Part shown: one piece after another, positions 30,891 through 41,655 of the stretch
Position numbering within the stretch: the first letter of the stretch is position 1
How the letters are laid out: every line of letters begins with the position of its first letter
DNA from: an uncultured Nitrospiraceae bacterium
Lineage (GTDB): Bacteria; Nitrospirota; Thermodesulfovibrionia; Thermodesulfovibrionales; Dissulfurispiraceae
Assembly (NCBI GenBank): GCA_963727805.1
Contig: CAVSHF010000003.1
Location: forward strand, 160,001-224,000
Reading direction: 5' to 3'
Length of the DNA: 64,000 nucleotides
Notes under the pieces: generated by a model
The model's input: the letters and a program-made list of their open reading frames with translations, nothing else
What the model was told of the DNA's origin: nothing
Databases searched by the model: none
Made by a program: the position numbers and the translations under genes

Positions 30891-31359
30891 ATCAAGCCGT
30901 TTTTTCTATCTGCATTAACACACATATATAAACATTGTACCTCAAATATCACTTCCTGTGAAGGCAATCAGACAAATAAAAGGATTCACCATTGCAGATG
31001 AGTCCACACAGGTCAAATCTAGCAATGTCACATGGGTGTAATGGTCCTCAATCCTTACCAGTGGAATGGTTGATGCAGTGATCCTTACAGTCGATATAGG
31101 GCCGCCGGTGCATAGTTGTACCTGATGTAAATATATTTTAACTGGAAGCTTTAAAACGAAACAAAATCTGAACCCAGTAACTGCATAGATTGTTCTATAT
31201 TCATCGAACTCACCGTTCGGATTCAGGACGGAACGGATAAATTGACTGCCTGATATCATGTCATCGGGTTAAATCGGCTAAATTATCCTCAAACAGCATC
31301 TGTCCTTTAATCTCGTTAATCCGCAGTGAACAGACATGGATCCCATTTCGAATTAAGAG

Positions 31360-31950
31360 TTATCCTGTTGCAACAGTCGGACCGTAGGCATTATGAACAC
31401 AGGGATGTTTGTAGTGCTCCGTTTTGTAATAATCAAGCAGTCTTTTTACCAGAAGGTGAGGATTCTTGCCATATATTATTTTGGCGCCCGTTCTCTTTTT
31501 TATGATTTTGACAATATTCTTTATTGCGGAGGTAATGCCTCCAGTCCCGATAAGAACACCTATCAACTTACCCTCATCATAGGCTATCGAGAATTCTCCT
31601 AGTGTGCCAGAACGTCCACCGATTATGATAACCACATCAGAGCTTCTTATATTTACAACCTCTCTTCCCATAAGCCCGCTTCCCGTAAATATGAGTACAT
31701 CATGATACTCAAGAGGTGAATGGTATTTATGTAAATGCTCCCATTCGCTCAAGGCTGGTGAAATGCCAACGACGATGCCGCCCGCCTCATGCGCCCCTCT
31801 GGCTGACTCCAGTGGCAACCCCGGACATGCTCCGGTGATGGTTACGCACTCGTTTTGCGCGATGGCACGGCCTAGTTCATATGCGATATTTTTTTGACTT
31901 TTCGAGAGGGTGCCTGTTGCGGATCCCATGACACCAATTTTTAATTTCAT
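31360..31950 (-). CDS. LOG/SLOG family protein
   Basis: IGVMGSA, TGACPGLP, TGSGLMGRE, GGRSGTLGEF. Confidence 0.85.
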   Translation of the reverse strand: MKLKIGVMGSATGTLSKSQKNIAYELGRAIAQNECVTITGACPGLPLESARGAHEAGGIVVGISPALSEWEHLHKYHSPLEYHDVLIFTGSGLMGREVVNIRSSDVVIIIGGRSGTLGEFSIAYDEGKLIGVLIGTGGITSAIKNIVKIIKKRTGAKIIYGKNPHLLVKRLLDYYKTEHYKHPCVHNAYGPTVATG

Positions 31951-32226
31951 ATTTTGCCTCCCAACCGTTAATTTTCATACCCATTCGTCTCTGACTTTAG
32001 TTCACTTATCCTGTAACGACGATGAAACTTACGGTCATAGTCTGCTGAGTGTTTTGTCTAAGGTCGATGCGTGCATGACCCCATCTGCTGCGGTCGAAGA
32101 CTTCTGTCCCATTTTAATTTCGGACAGTCCACGATGTGCTAACTCTTCAGAGACTTTATCCTGAACCACAACAGTCTATTACTTGAAAGTGTGGCACGGG
32201 CGAATGTTCTTTCAGCAACAATGCTG

Positions 32227-33702
32227 TTATGATCCGACTTTTTTGAAATCGATGTATCCTCGTTCAACGTCCGTGGAGACCAGTTGCACGCGAATACGAT
32301 GACCGACGTCGGCGCCTTGGAATCCATGGACCAGCCTGCCTTCAACAGGTATGGTCAGAAGTCGGGCCCATGTGCCTTTCTCGGAAGCCCCTGTAACGAT
32401 AGCATCAAACTTCTCACCGATTCTTGATTCGAGCAGAAGCGCGGCTGCGGACTTATCGACCTGCCGTTCAACTTTTTTGACGGCATTCTCCTCCTCGGTG
32501 CAATGTTTCGCAAGCATTTCAAGGTCATGATTACTATAAGGCAGGGTCTTCCCTCCGAGCGCAGCTTTTAGCAAGCGTTGGGTGATAAGATCAGGATATC
32601 GGCGGTTCGGAGCTGTGGAATGGGTATAGTCATTGACAGCGAGAGCAAAGTGACCTGTGGCGGTTTCTCCAGGAACCTCTGCAATATATTCGCCGGGTCC
32701 CATAAGTTTAATAATAGCAAGTGATAGATCAGGGAATCTGAGCGGGTCGGCAGCTTTCTGCTTTGTTAAGAATTCCTGAAGTGCCACGGCATTTGGTGTC
32801 CCGGGCAGCATGAACCCGTGCTCAGAAGCAATCTCGACAATCCGATCCCATCGCTTGGGAGTGCGCACGACACGTCGGATGTTTGGGACGTTTTTGGATG
32901 AAAGATACCGCGCTATGACACCGTTTGCCGCTATCATGAAGTCCTCAATAATATCTTTTGCGCGGTTCGTCCTCTCTATTTGGAGTTCGCGAATTTCATA
33001 GTCATCAAAAATCGTTTTTGTCTTAATCGTCTCAAAACTTAATGCACCGTGCACATGCCGGAAATTCTTCATACTTTGTGCTGCACGATCTTGCAGGCGG
33101 AGATTCTCATCAAGTCCCTTTACCGCAGCGATGGAGTCAGGAATCGGGCCATTCCCTTCAAGCCACGCTGCGACGCTATTATAGGCAAGCTTTGCATAAT
33201 TACGCACGATTGCCCGATAGATATCGGAGCTCTGCAAGGTGCCGTCCGCCGCAATCACCATTTCTGCGACAAGAGCGAGTCGATCTTCGCTGAAGTTGAG
33301 GGATGTAAGGCCGGTGGAAAGTTTTTCGGGTAGCATGGGGAATATTTGAGCTGCAGTATAAATAGAAGTCGTGTTATGGCGCGCATGAGTATCGATTGAC
33401 GAGCCAGTCCGCACGAGTGAGTCCACATCGGCCACGGCCACGAATATCTTCACATTGTTGCCGGATGCCGACCCGGCAACGGTTAACTGATCCAAGTCAC
33501 GGGAGTCATCGTTGTCAATGGAAGCCCATACAAGAGTTTTCAGGTCGCAAATCTGATCATCGTTTACTGCTGCAGGAGCCTGGATTGTGGCAAGCTCAGC
33601 TAGTGCTTCTACGGAAAAGTCGGGGAGCAGACCTCTTTCAAGCATAACCCTGTGGGCGATTCTCTCGAGAATAGTGCGGTGCCTTCTATCGGTCTCGTTC
33701 AT
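32227..33702 (-). CDS. RNB-domain exoribonuclease (RNase II/R family, short form)
   Basis: SIDNDDSRDLDQ, IEDFMIAAN, YTHSTAPNRRYPDL, C-terminal S1. Confidence 0.92.
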   Translation of the reverse strand: MNETDRRHRTILERIAHRVMLERGLLPDFSVEALAELATIQAPAAVNDDQICDLKTLVWASIDNDDSRDLDQLTVAGSASGNNVKIFVAVADVDSLVRTGSSIDTHARHNTTSIYTAAQIFPMLPEKLSTGLTSLNFSEDRLALVAEMVIAADGTLQSSDIYRAIVRNYAKLAYNSVAAWLEGNGPIPDSIAAVKGLDENLRLQDRAAQSMKNFRHVHGALSFETIKTKTIFDDYEIRELQIERTNRAKDIIEDFMIAANGVIARYLSSKNVPNIRRVVRTPKRWDRIVEIASEHGFMLPGTPNAVALQEFLTKQKAADPLRFPDLSLAIIKLMGPGEYIAEVPGETATGHFALAVNDYTHSTAPNRRYPDLITQRLLKAALGGKTLPYSNHDLEMLAKHCTEEENAVKKVERQVDKSAAALLLESRIGEKFDAIVTGASEKGTWARLLTIPVEGRLVHGFQGADVGHRIRVQLVSTDVERGYIDFKKVGS

Positions 33703-33813
33703 GGGTTCTCTCTCCCTTTTTTAAAATGTTTAAGTTTGCTTGAAAGCATGCCTTATCGACAACCACCACTGCCGCAAACCAATCGAGAGTCAGTCAGGAT
33801 CATTTATCTCCAT

Positions 33814-34041
33814 TTATTTTGATTTTACCAAGCTTATCGGTCTTTTGACCGTCATAAGCTTCAAAACGGTGTCGCCCAGCTCAAGATATGCGACTTCTTC
33901 CGGCGGAAATGCCTTAACTTTGATCTGATTCCTAACTTTAACCCCAGACTCCGGTATAAAAGGATAGGGCTCTATCAAAAGCTTGCGGAATTGCCTCGAT
34001 TTGATCAATCTACTTGAACATATAAATTCCTTCTGGATCAT
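33814..34041 (-). CDS. Small hypothetical protein
   Basis: 75-aa ORF only. Confidence 0.3.
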   Translation of the reverse strand: MIQKEFICSSRLIKSRQFRKLLIEPYPFIPESGVKVRNQIKVKAFPPEEVAYLELGDTVLKLMTVKRPISLVKSK

Positions 34042-34512
34042 ACATTGGTACAGATACTATTTATATTACTATCTCCTTTAGTCGACGCAAAGTGTATTCA
34101 TACGCATGGCGCTTTGATCTATTAGCAAGATTCAACTTTGCCCAGGTTACCAATATCGCAACACATTGTTATAAAAGCAGTTAGTTTGATCATGATCGGG
34201 TCAACATTGCCCGCCGATACTGGGTCAAAATTCTACACCTGTTTACATGTAATGCTATGAGAATATCACGACTCTGTACATAAGTAAGCATTAATCTGCA
34301 TTGGGTTTCTTGATAACCATGATGACATACTTCTATAATAAACTCATACGAATTATCTAAACCCTTAGAGTGATCAGAGTGCAGCTTATCGGCATCGACA
34401 ATTTAGGTTGTAAGCTTGAAAATATAATCTCGGACTGGACCAGTTTCCGGGGAGCAGTCAAGTGTTAGAATATTTTCATCAGAAATGGCACTCTATGCGG
34501 GAGTAGGTTCTT

Positions 34513-35517
34513 GTGATTAAGACAATCAAAACGAAAAGCCTCAGGGTAGGCATGCATGTCATCATCCCCGCGTCATGGTTAAACCATCCATTTATAAAAA
34601 ACCGTTTTGTTATTAAATCGCGAGATCAAATACAAAAAATAATCGACAGCGGATTCGATGAGGTCAAGATAGAATTTTCAAAGAGCGTTCCAACAGTCGA
34701 ATCTAAAACTGTGGGTCATAAATACAAAAGTTTGCTTCCACCTGATAGATGGGAACCTGGGAAACTCGTTCCTCCCGAGATGCTTCAGGCTATTCATGAC
34801 AGAAACCTTCCGCCTGACAAAAAAGCCCGCATCATATACAAGTCCAGTATCGAACTGTTGGCGAAATTGTTTGAGGATCCACGGGCCGAAAATATACAGG
34901 AAGCCAAGCAAGGAGCGTCCGAGATAGTCGACCTGGTGCTCTCGCAGGAAGAGACATCCCAATATCTTCTCAGGATAACCTCCCATGATATTTATACCTA
35001 TACACATTCGGTCAAGGTGGGATTTCTCGCAATATTGCTCTCAAAGCATCTATTCAAAAAATCAGATGCTCATAATATGCATGAACTAGGGGCCAGCTTT
35101 TTCCTTCATGACTTGGGCAAAGTGCGAGTCGACCCTGCGATAATCCGCAAACAGGGCAGACTGACTAGACAAGAGATGGATATTATGAAGAGGCACCCAT
35201 ACCATGGGTTCAAGATACTTCAGGAGGCCGATCAGTTATCGAAGGAATGCGCCATTATTACCATGCAGCACCACGAACGGGACGATGGCACTGGATATCC
35301 GATGGGCCTCAAGGGCGAGCGAATCCATATCTACGGACGCATTTGCTGTATTGCCGATGTGTACGATGCGCTGACCGGTGAGCGTTCATACAAGCCGAAA
35401 CTGACTCCTTTTGAGGCCCTGAAAGTAATGAAGGAAGAAATGCTGAATCATTTCCACAGAGATATTTTCGAGCAATTCGTACTGCTATTTACAGATACGG
35501 GAGTCAAGCGTACCTGA
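34513..35517 (+). CDS. HD-GYP phosphodiesterase with DUF3391-like N-terminus
   Basis: LRVGMHV...WLNHPF, YTYTHSV, LHDLGK, HHERDDGTGYP, DVYDAL. Confidence 0.9.
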   Translation: MIKTIKTKSLRVGMHVIIPASWLNHPFIKNRFVIKSRDQIQKIIDSGFDEVKIEFSKSVPTVESKTVGHKYKSLLPPDRWEPGKLVPPEMLQAIHDRNLPPDKKARIIYKSSIELLAKLFEDPRAENIQEAKQGASEIVDLVLSQEETSQYLLRITSHDIYTYTHSVKVGFLAILLSKHLFKKSDAHNMHELGASFFLHDLGKVRVDPAIIRKQGRLTRQEMDIMKRHPYHGFKILQEADQLSKECAIITMQHHERDDGTGYPMGLKGERIHIYGRICCIADVYDALTGERSYKPKLTPFEALKVMKEEMLNHFHRDIFEQFVLLFTDTGVKRT

Positions 35518-35999
35518 CGCATCAGTTAGGTTCAAATGGAGTAGTTCTGCACATTTCAGACAGAGACAGCAGATATGAACTAATTGTCGGCGCATAAAGA
35601 ACTCAGAAGCACCGTGAAAGATAGCCTCGAAGAAGAAAAGACAAGAGCTTTCACTTTTTTTAGAAAGCTAATGACATGAATGTTGCGAGATTTATTTGGG
35701 AACCCCATAGTCGGCAACATTGCTCAAGTGCATGACTGCACATAAAGGCCTCTCTATCTGGGGAATGCCGCCAAGTTTAAATTTCCATGTAAAGTTAAAA
35801 GTCTGGAATCTCAGTTCTTAATGTTACTCCCTACTCCAATCGCGTTTGTGCCCATCAACTTCCCGACGGCGGAATGGGGCATCCCAACTTTGCCAGCCTT
35901 CTGTTTTGAGACTTAAGAATGTTTCCTGTAAATCCATGTATTATCCCTTCCAGCCTCACAGGGGCATCTCCTTAATTTAAATGGAGGAGCGAAGAACGG

Positions 36000-36968
36000 T
36001 TAAGCAATCGCTGTAAGTGCATCTTCGATGATTCCCTTGAAAAGCGGAATCTTGTATCCATTGTGCTCCAGAGGTTGAGCGTCACTTACGGCTGCGGCGC
36101 CTGCTTTTCTGGCGTTCTCAGAATCCAGTATCTTTCCTTTGATGGCGTCCTCAGCCTCTTTAGAGCGCCAAGGAACAGGAGCTGCAGCAGCCAATACTAT
36201 CCTGGCATCAGCCACAACAGCTCCTTTGAGTTGCAGTGCAATGGCAACTCCTGCAATAGCAAAATCCCACGAACGGCGGCCCCTCACCTTGCGGTAGCAA
36301 CTCCTCATTCCCTGAGCGGGAGGAGACAGCATTATTTCAGTCACGATCTCACCTGGTTCGAGGATGGTCTCCTGCATTACGTCCTGTGCCGGCAAAACGA
36401 AGAAATTGCTGACGGGGATACGTCTGCTTCCACTGGGACCTGCAGTATGCACTGTCGCGCCATATGCCATGAGTGCCGGGGCCGTGTCGGAAGGATGCAC
36501 AATATAACAGCCCTGTCCGCCCAGGATGCAGTGGTAATGGTTCTCACCGGCGACCGCAAAGCAGCGGTCTCCTCCTTTTCTGAGGCATTGGAATTCCCCC
36601 CGGTAGTACCAGCACCGCGGTTTCTGGCAGAGATTACCCCCGAGCGTTCCCTGGTTGCGAAGCTGAGGACTCGAGGCCGCGGCTGCACCTTGGGCAAGCG
36701 CGGGATATCGCTGATTGACGGTAGGGCTTTCGGCGATCTCGGTCAGGGTTGCGAGAGCACCTATACGTAGACCTTCATTGGTTTCCTTAATGCCTTTCAA
36801 GTCCTTCAAAGCGCTGATGCTGACAACGCTTTTCAGACTAAAAACGTTATCGCGAATGCATCCCAGAAGATCTGTCCCTCCTGCATGAATTCTCGCTCCT
36901 TCGCCAGAGAGGTGAGTGATGGCATCCTTGAGAGAGTTTGCCCTTATGTAGGTGAATTCGGGTATCAT
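36000..36968 (-). CDS. Xanthine dehydrogenase-family FAD subunit (PaoB/YagS-like)
   Basis: AGGTDL, LRNQGTLGGNLCQKPRCWYYR, HPSD, PVPWR; start at MIPEF (36968). Confidence 0.92.
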   Translation of the reverse strand: MIPEFTYIRANSLKDAITHLSGEGARIHAGGTDLLGCIRDNVFSLKSVVSISALKDLKGIKETNEGLRIGALATLTEIAESPTVNQRYPALAQGAAAASSPQLRNQGTLGGNLCQKPRCWYYRGEFQCLRKGGDRCFAVAGENHYHCILGGQGCYIVHPSDTAPALMAYGATVHTAGPSGSRRIPVSNFFVLPAQDVMQETILEPGEIVTEIMLSPPAQGMRSCYRKVRGRRSWDFAIAGVAIALQLKGAVVADARIVLAAAAPVPWRSKEAEDAIKGKILDSENARKAGAAAVSDAQPLEHNGYKIPLFKGIIEDALTAIA

Positions 36969-36972
36969 GACC

Positions 36973-39300
36973 TCATCCCTCCTTCCTGCGTGAGGCCAAG
37001 GCATTGCATAGCCGCAGAGGATTGATAGGTGTGCCTGTGATGCGGACCCCGACCGCATTGTAAACCGCATTGGCGATTGCCGCTGCAGTGGGGATAGTGA
37101 CAGGCTCACCGAGACCCTTGGCGCCCGTGGTATTAGCCTCAACATCCTTCGTTTCAATCGGCAGTGAAATTATGCTGGTGGGAACATCCATAGCCGTGGG
37201 TATCTTGTAGTCGTGCCAGTTTCTGTTAACCATCTTGCCGGTCTGGTTCCGGTCGAGTATTCTTTCCTCTGTGAGGCCGAACCCGATTCCCATGGTGATG
37301 CCGCCGAAGACCTGATTGTCAAATGTCAGCCGGTCCATGACGCGGCCGCTGTCGTGTGCGCCGAGGAAGCGGAGGACCTTGATCTCTCCAGTCAGTGTGT
37401 TCACCTCTACTTCGCAGAACTGCGCAGCGAATGGATTGACCACCTTTCCCTCCGGATTCGGTCCGCGATAGCCGACCCCAACTATGAGGCCGCGTTTCTT
37501 TAGTCCGGTAATATTCTTGATCATCAACTGCTGTGCCGGGTCTTTCCGAGAGACGACCGCATCGTTACTAAGTGTTAGAGATGATAGTTCCATTTTGAGA
37601 TCATCAGCAGCAAGGGCAAGCAGCTGTTGTTTGACATGGATCGCTGCTGCCCTGACTGCCGGCGATTCTGTGGCAACGGTTTTGCTGCCTCCGCTCGGCG
37701 TGGCATATTGCGTTGTCCCCGTGTCGGCATGCTCGATCTGGATTACGTCTGGTTTCACACCCAGCTCTTCAGAAACGACCATAGCCATGACTGTCTTTGT
37801 CCCTGTGCCTATATCACTTGCGCCCATGTTCAAGCTGACACTTCCGTCGGAAAATAGTTTTACGATGATGGTCGAGGGAGGTCCTCCTCCTCCAGCGATC
37901 CATAGTGCAGCGGCCATCCCGACACCTCTGCGAAGATGGCTATCTGCTTTTTGTTCTGCAGTCGTCTTTCTTGCCTCGTACCAGCCGAAAGTCTTCGCTC
38001 CTTCGATGAGGCATTGACGCAATCCGGTCGTCGTATATGGTGGATTACCGGGCCGCGCCTGGCTGAACAGCGGAATGTTCTGCAGTCGCAGGTCCACGGG
38101 GTCTATCCCTATTCTGTCCGCTAGCGCATCAAGCATCTGCTCGAGCGCCCATGAACATTGTGGATGGCCAGGGGCGCGGAAAGGGCGCGCGGGTCCGGCG
38201 TTGATGTAGACATCAGTCGTTTCAGTCCTTATGTTAGGACAACTGTAGAGGTCTCTCACCAGCCAGTCCACGAGGTTCGTGCCTCCGGCGGAATAGGCGC
38301 CTCCGGTGGCGATGACTGAGTAGTTGAGGGCTGTGAGAGTACCGTCGCGCTTTACTCCAGCTTTGAGCTGCATTGAAGCAGGGGGTCGGTTCCCGGCAGC
38401 AAGCAAGGTCTCCTCGCGGGTCATGAAAAGCTTGACGGGGCGTGCGGTTTTCCGGGCTAATACTGCGGCGATAATAGTGAATTTGTCGGCCCGTAATTTA
38501 CTGCCGAATCCGCCTCCCATGTAATGGCCGATAACGCGGACCTTCGAAAGGGGTAGTCTCATGATTTCAGCGACCATTGCCTGTATGGAATAGACACCCT
38601 GAGTCGATTGCCATATGCTGAGGCGGTCCCCATCCCATTGTGCCACGCAGCCGTGCAATTCTATCGGTGTATGCAATTCAGACTCGCTTCGGTAACTCTC
38701 CTCAATGACCACATCCGCATCGGCAAAACCCTTTTCGGTATCTCCCCGTGAATATGTGTCGGTCTTCAATTTGTTTCCGTCAGTGTGAATGAGCGGCGCA
38801 TCTGCGGCAAGGGCTTTAGTCTCGTCTGCAACAAAGGGCAGGATGTTGTAAGTCACCTTTAGTGAACGGATGGCATCCCGCGCCTGATAAATGGTGTCGG
38901 CGGCGACTGCGGCTATTTCCTCCCCCTCGAATCTGCAATGGTCATCAAATAGTTTGGTTTTAACTTCTGGGGCATAGGGCCACGACAAATCGGCCTCGGG
39001 AGAAGATCCCGTGATGATCGCCCTCACCCCCGGCATTTTTTCGGCGGCTGATGTATCTATCCTCTGAATGATACAATGGGGATAAGGGCTGCGGAGGATA
39101 GCCACGTAAAGCATGTTGGGTAGTACGATATCGGATGGGTAAACGGCGTTGCCACTCACTCTCTCATAAGCATCCACCCTGGGGAGGGGCTTACCGACGA
39201 CTTCGGTCTTCTTCCATGGCTTTGGATTTTTATCAGGTAAAGGGGTTTCGGGAACAGGAATGTCCCTCAGGTGATAGAATCCGCGATCGGTGTCGTTCAT
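36973..39300 (-). CDS. Xanthine dehydrogenase-family Mo-binding subunit (PaoC/YagR-like)
   Basis: GGGFGSK, FRAPG, DIGTG, SGGSK, KGLGE. Confidence 0.93.
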   Translation of the reverse strand: MNDTDRGFYHLRDIPVPETPLPDKNPKPWKKTEVVGKPLPRVDAYERVSGNAVYPSDIVLPNMLYVAILRSPYPHCIIQRIDTSAAEKMPGVRAIITGSSPEADLSWPYAPEVKTKLFDDHCRFEGEEIAAVAADTIYQARDAIRSLKVTYNILPFVADETKALAADAPLIHTDGNKLKTDTYSRGDTEKGFADADVVIEESYRSESELHTPIELHGCVAQWDGDRLSIWQSTQGVYSIQAMVAEIMRLPLSKVRVIGHYMGGGFGSKLRADKFTIIAAVLARKTARPVKLFMTREETLLAAGNRPPASMQLKAGVKRDGTLTALNYSVIATGGAYSAGGTNLVDWLVRDLYSCPNIRTETTDVYINAGPARPFRAPGHPQCSWALEQMLDALADRIGIDPVDLRLQNIPLFSQARPGNPPYTTTGLRQCLIEGAKTFGWYEARKTTAEQKADSHLRRGVGMAAALWIAGGGGPPSTIIVKLFSDGSVSLNMGASDIGTGTKTVMAMVVSEELGVKPDVIQIEHADTGTTQYATPSGGSKTVATESPAVRAAAIHVKQQLLALAADDLKMELSSLTLSNDAVVSRKDPAQQLMIKNITGLKKRGLIVGVGYRGPNPEGKVVNPFAAQFCEVEVNTLTGEIKVLRFLGAHDSGRVMDRLTFDNQVFGGITMGIGFGLTEERILDRNQTGKMVNRNWHDYKIPTAMDVPTSIISLPIETKDVEANTTGAKGLGEPVTIPTAAAIANAVYNAVGVRITGTPINPLRLCNALASRRKEG

Positions 39301-39947
39301 GATGCACCTCCGCGTTTAAGTTCTCCTGCTTTTTTTGCGGCTTTGAATATATTGATGTATGCCCCGCAGCGGCAAAGATTTCCGCTCACTCCATCCCTTA
39401 TTTCGTCGAGGGAAGGATTGGGCGTCTTGCGAAGCAGACCTTCAACGGCCATTATCTGTCCCGGTGTGCAGTAGCCGCACTGAAATGCATCATGTTCGAC
39501 AAATGCCTCCTGAACCGAACCCAGCTTCTCACCATGCATGAGACCCTCGAGGGTCGTTATTTCCATACCTTCGGCTTCCACCGCCAGAGTCATACAGGCA
39601 TAACGTGGTATATTATTGATTAGCACGGTGCAGGCCCCGCACTCGCCCCGTTCGCAGCCAACCTTGGTTCCGGTCAACCCCAGCTCTTCGCGGAGGACAT
39701 GGAGCAAAGACCACCGTGGCTCTATGAGGAGGTGATACTCATGGCTGTTGATTTTCAGGTTTATCTCGAGTGCCTCTCCAGACTTTATGACAGCTGCCGA
39801 GGCATCTTTTCCCCCTGCTAGATTCCCCGAAGCTGCGACGGCGACAGCGCCTATCCCAAGAGAGGCGAGGAATTGCCGCCGGGTCACTCCTTTGCCGCAC
39901 TCATTAGCGCTGCCCCTGCAACCTTTTGTGTCCTGTTTCTCGCTCAT
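39297..39947 (-). CDS. 2Fe-2S subunit with Tat signal (PaoA/YagT-like)
   Basis: TRRQFL twin-arginine motif; GCERGECGAC, QCGYCTPG, NLCRCGAY. Confidence 0.93.
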   Translation of the reverse strand: MSEKQDTKGCRGSANECGKGVTRRQFLASLGIGAVAVAASGNLAGGKDASAAVIKSGEALEINLKINSHEYHLLIEPRWSLLHVLREELGLTGTKVGCERGECGACTVLINNIPRYACMTLAVEAEGMEITTLEGLMHGEKLGSVQEAFVEHDAFQCGYCTPGQIMAVEGLLRKTPNPSLDEIRDGVSGNLCRCGAYINIFKAAKKAGELKRGGAS

Positions 39948-39965
39948 AATGCGCTCCTTGCATAC

Positions 39966-40080
39966 TTAGGACTTCTTCAGGTCTCCGGCGCGGACTAGCA
40001 GGGCTCAGGTGCGTTTCCAGCCGCGACAAAGACCGCATTCGCTACTGCCGCAACGATGGGCGGAACTCCGGCCTCGTCCG
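39966..40080 (-). pseudogene. C-terminal remnant of another Mo-hydroxylase large subunit (IorB-type)
   Basis: EAGVPPIVAAVANAVFVAAG / LLVRAGDLKKS* resembles GEPGVPPIAPAVANAVFAATG..R.LPI. Confidence 0.7.
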
Positions 40081-40436
40081 GCTTCCATGTCATAAAAATA
40101 GTGTAACCAATAGTGTACCAACTGTAAATGATATCCTCTCCGGTATAAATGCCAAGGATTCCCGACTCAAGCTGCGAGTCGAGACCTTGGTTCCTGCTTC
40201 ATCGAGCATTCTTGAAGACCAGCATCTCCACAGGCTAACAGGGCGAGTCTCGCTCGTAGCATATTCTTTGCCGCTTCCCAAAATAACCGTTAAATTCAGA
40301 GTTGATGAGGAATGCAACTTTAGTTGAGAAGAAATGGGATGAAGGAGAATGACTCACTTAACGAGCAACCGTCCAGCTTTTATAAATAGTAGGTAAAATG
40401 AAATTTGTTCCGTGCAAAGATATCGGTGTGGCTGGC

Positions 40437-41606
40437 CTAAGAATACAAACTGAGAAACGCACATTTTAGGTATTCTGTCTCGGGTACAGAGAGAAGGACG
40501 GGATGGTCTCTTCCCTGGGAGCGGTATCCGATAAGCCTGAACTGCCTGCTCGCATCTTTAGCCGAATCCCTGAGCATATCGAGAAAGACTGCTTTTTCTA
40601 TGTGATAAGAACAAGAGGAAGTGGCGAGGATGCCATCTTCTTTAAGGAGATTCATGGCAAGGGTATTTATTTCGCGATAGCCTTTTAGCCCCTCTTTAAT
40701 CTTTAGCCTGCTCTTCACAAAAGCGGGGGGATCGAGTACGATGAAGTCATAACTGCTTCCGACTTCGAGTTCCTCTTTCAGAAAGGTAAAGACATCGGCC
40801 TTTTTATATTTACACTCCTTTTCTAGTCCATTGCGCGCTGCATTTGATTTGACTTGTGAAAGCGCCATTTCTGAAGCGTCGACAAAGGTGACTGATAGCC
40901 CCTTAGCCGCAAGCTGCAATCCCCACGCACCCGAATAGCAAAAGAGATCGAGGCCCTTTCCTTGGTGAATAAGTTCTTTGAATGCCAGCCTGTTCTCACG
41001 TTGATCGAGAAAGAAACCGGTTTTCTGACCTGCCAGAGGATCGATCTCAAAGGAAAGCGCGCCTTCACGAATGATCGGCAAAGCATCAGCAGTACCCTTC
41101 ACAACCTCTGTGGACAGCGGAAGGCCTTCGAGAACTCTGCTCTGGCTGTCATTTCTTAAAACAATGACTGAAGGCGCCAGGATATCGTCAAAAAGTCCAA
41201 TGATGGTATCTCTGAACTGTTCCATTCCCAATGTCAAAAACTGAAGAACAAGGCACTCGCCGTATTTATCTGCGATCAATCCGGGGAGCAAGTCCCCCTC
41301 ACTGAAGATCACCCTGAATGAATCGCTTTTTATCCCGACACGTTCCCTGTAATAAAGTGCATCATATATCCTTTTTCTGAAGAACTTCGCATCGATATCC
41401 TCTCTTTTGCGTGTCAGGAGCCTTACGGCTATCAGTGAATTCGGGTTGATATAGCCGATGCCGATAAACTCTTTTTTCATGTCAAAGACTTCGACTAGAG
41501 AGGCCGGTTCATGGTTTTTGGGACTGGTGGCGAGTTCATTCGAAAAAATCCAATTGTGTCCTGCGAGGATCCTGCTTGTACGCCTGAGAAGTATCTTATC
41601 CATCAT
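40437..41606 (-). CDS. rlmI: RlmI-type SAM-dependent rRNA methyltransferase
   Basis: GHNWIFSNE, SEGDLLPGL, GQKTGFFLDQRENR, LDLFCYSG, LDPPAF, PETEYLK. Confidence 0.85.
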   Translation of the reverse strand: MMDKILLRRTSRILAGHNWIFSNELATSPKNHEPASLVEVFDMKKEFIGIGYINPNSLIAVRLLTRKREDIDAKFFRKRIYDALYYRERVGIKSDSFRVIFSEGDLLPGLIADKYGECLVLQFLTLGMEQFRDTIIGLFDDILAPSVIVLRNDSQSRVLEGLPLSTEVVKGTADALPIIREGALSFEIDPLAGQKTGFFLDQRENRLAFKELIHQGKGLDLFCYSGAWGLQLAAKGLSVTFVDASEMALSQVKSNAARNGLEKECKYKKADVFTFLKEELEVGSSYDFIVLDPPAFVKSRLKIKEGLKGYREINTLAMNLLKEDGILATSSCSYHIEKAVFLDMLRDSAKDASRQFRLIGYRSQGRDHPVLLSVPETEYLKCAFLSLYS

Positions 41607-41655
41607 TCATTATATAATAAGAATAAGGGGAAAAGTATGACGCAAGGATAAGAAA

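Noticed and set aside
30942..31259. 105-aa ORF upstream of the hydrogenase operon
   Set aside because: No motif support or clear RBS; not a recognisable maturation factor
40152..40190. Nested hairpin CCAAGG..CGACTC/GAGTCG..CCTTGG
   Set aside because: Single hairpin with no promoter, terminator or second copy; not enough to call an RNA
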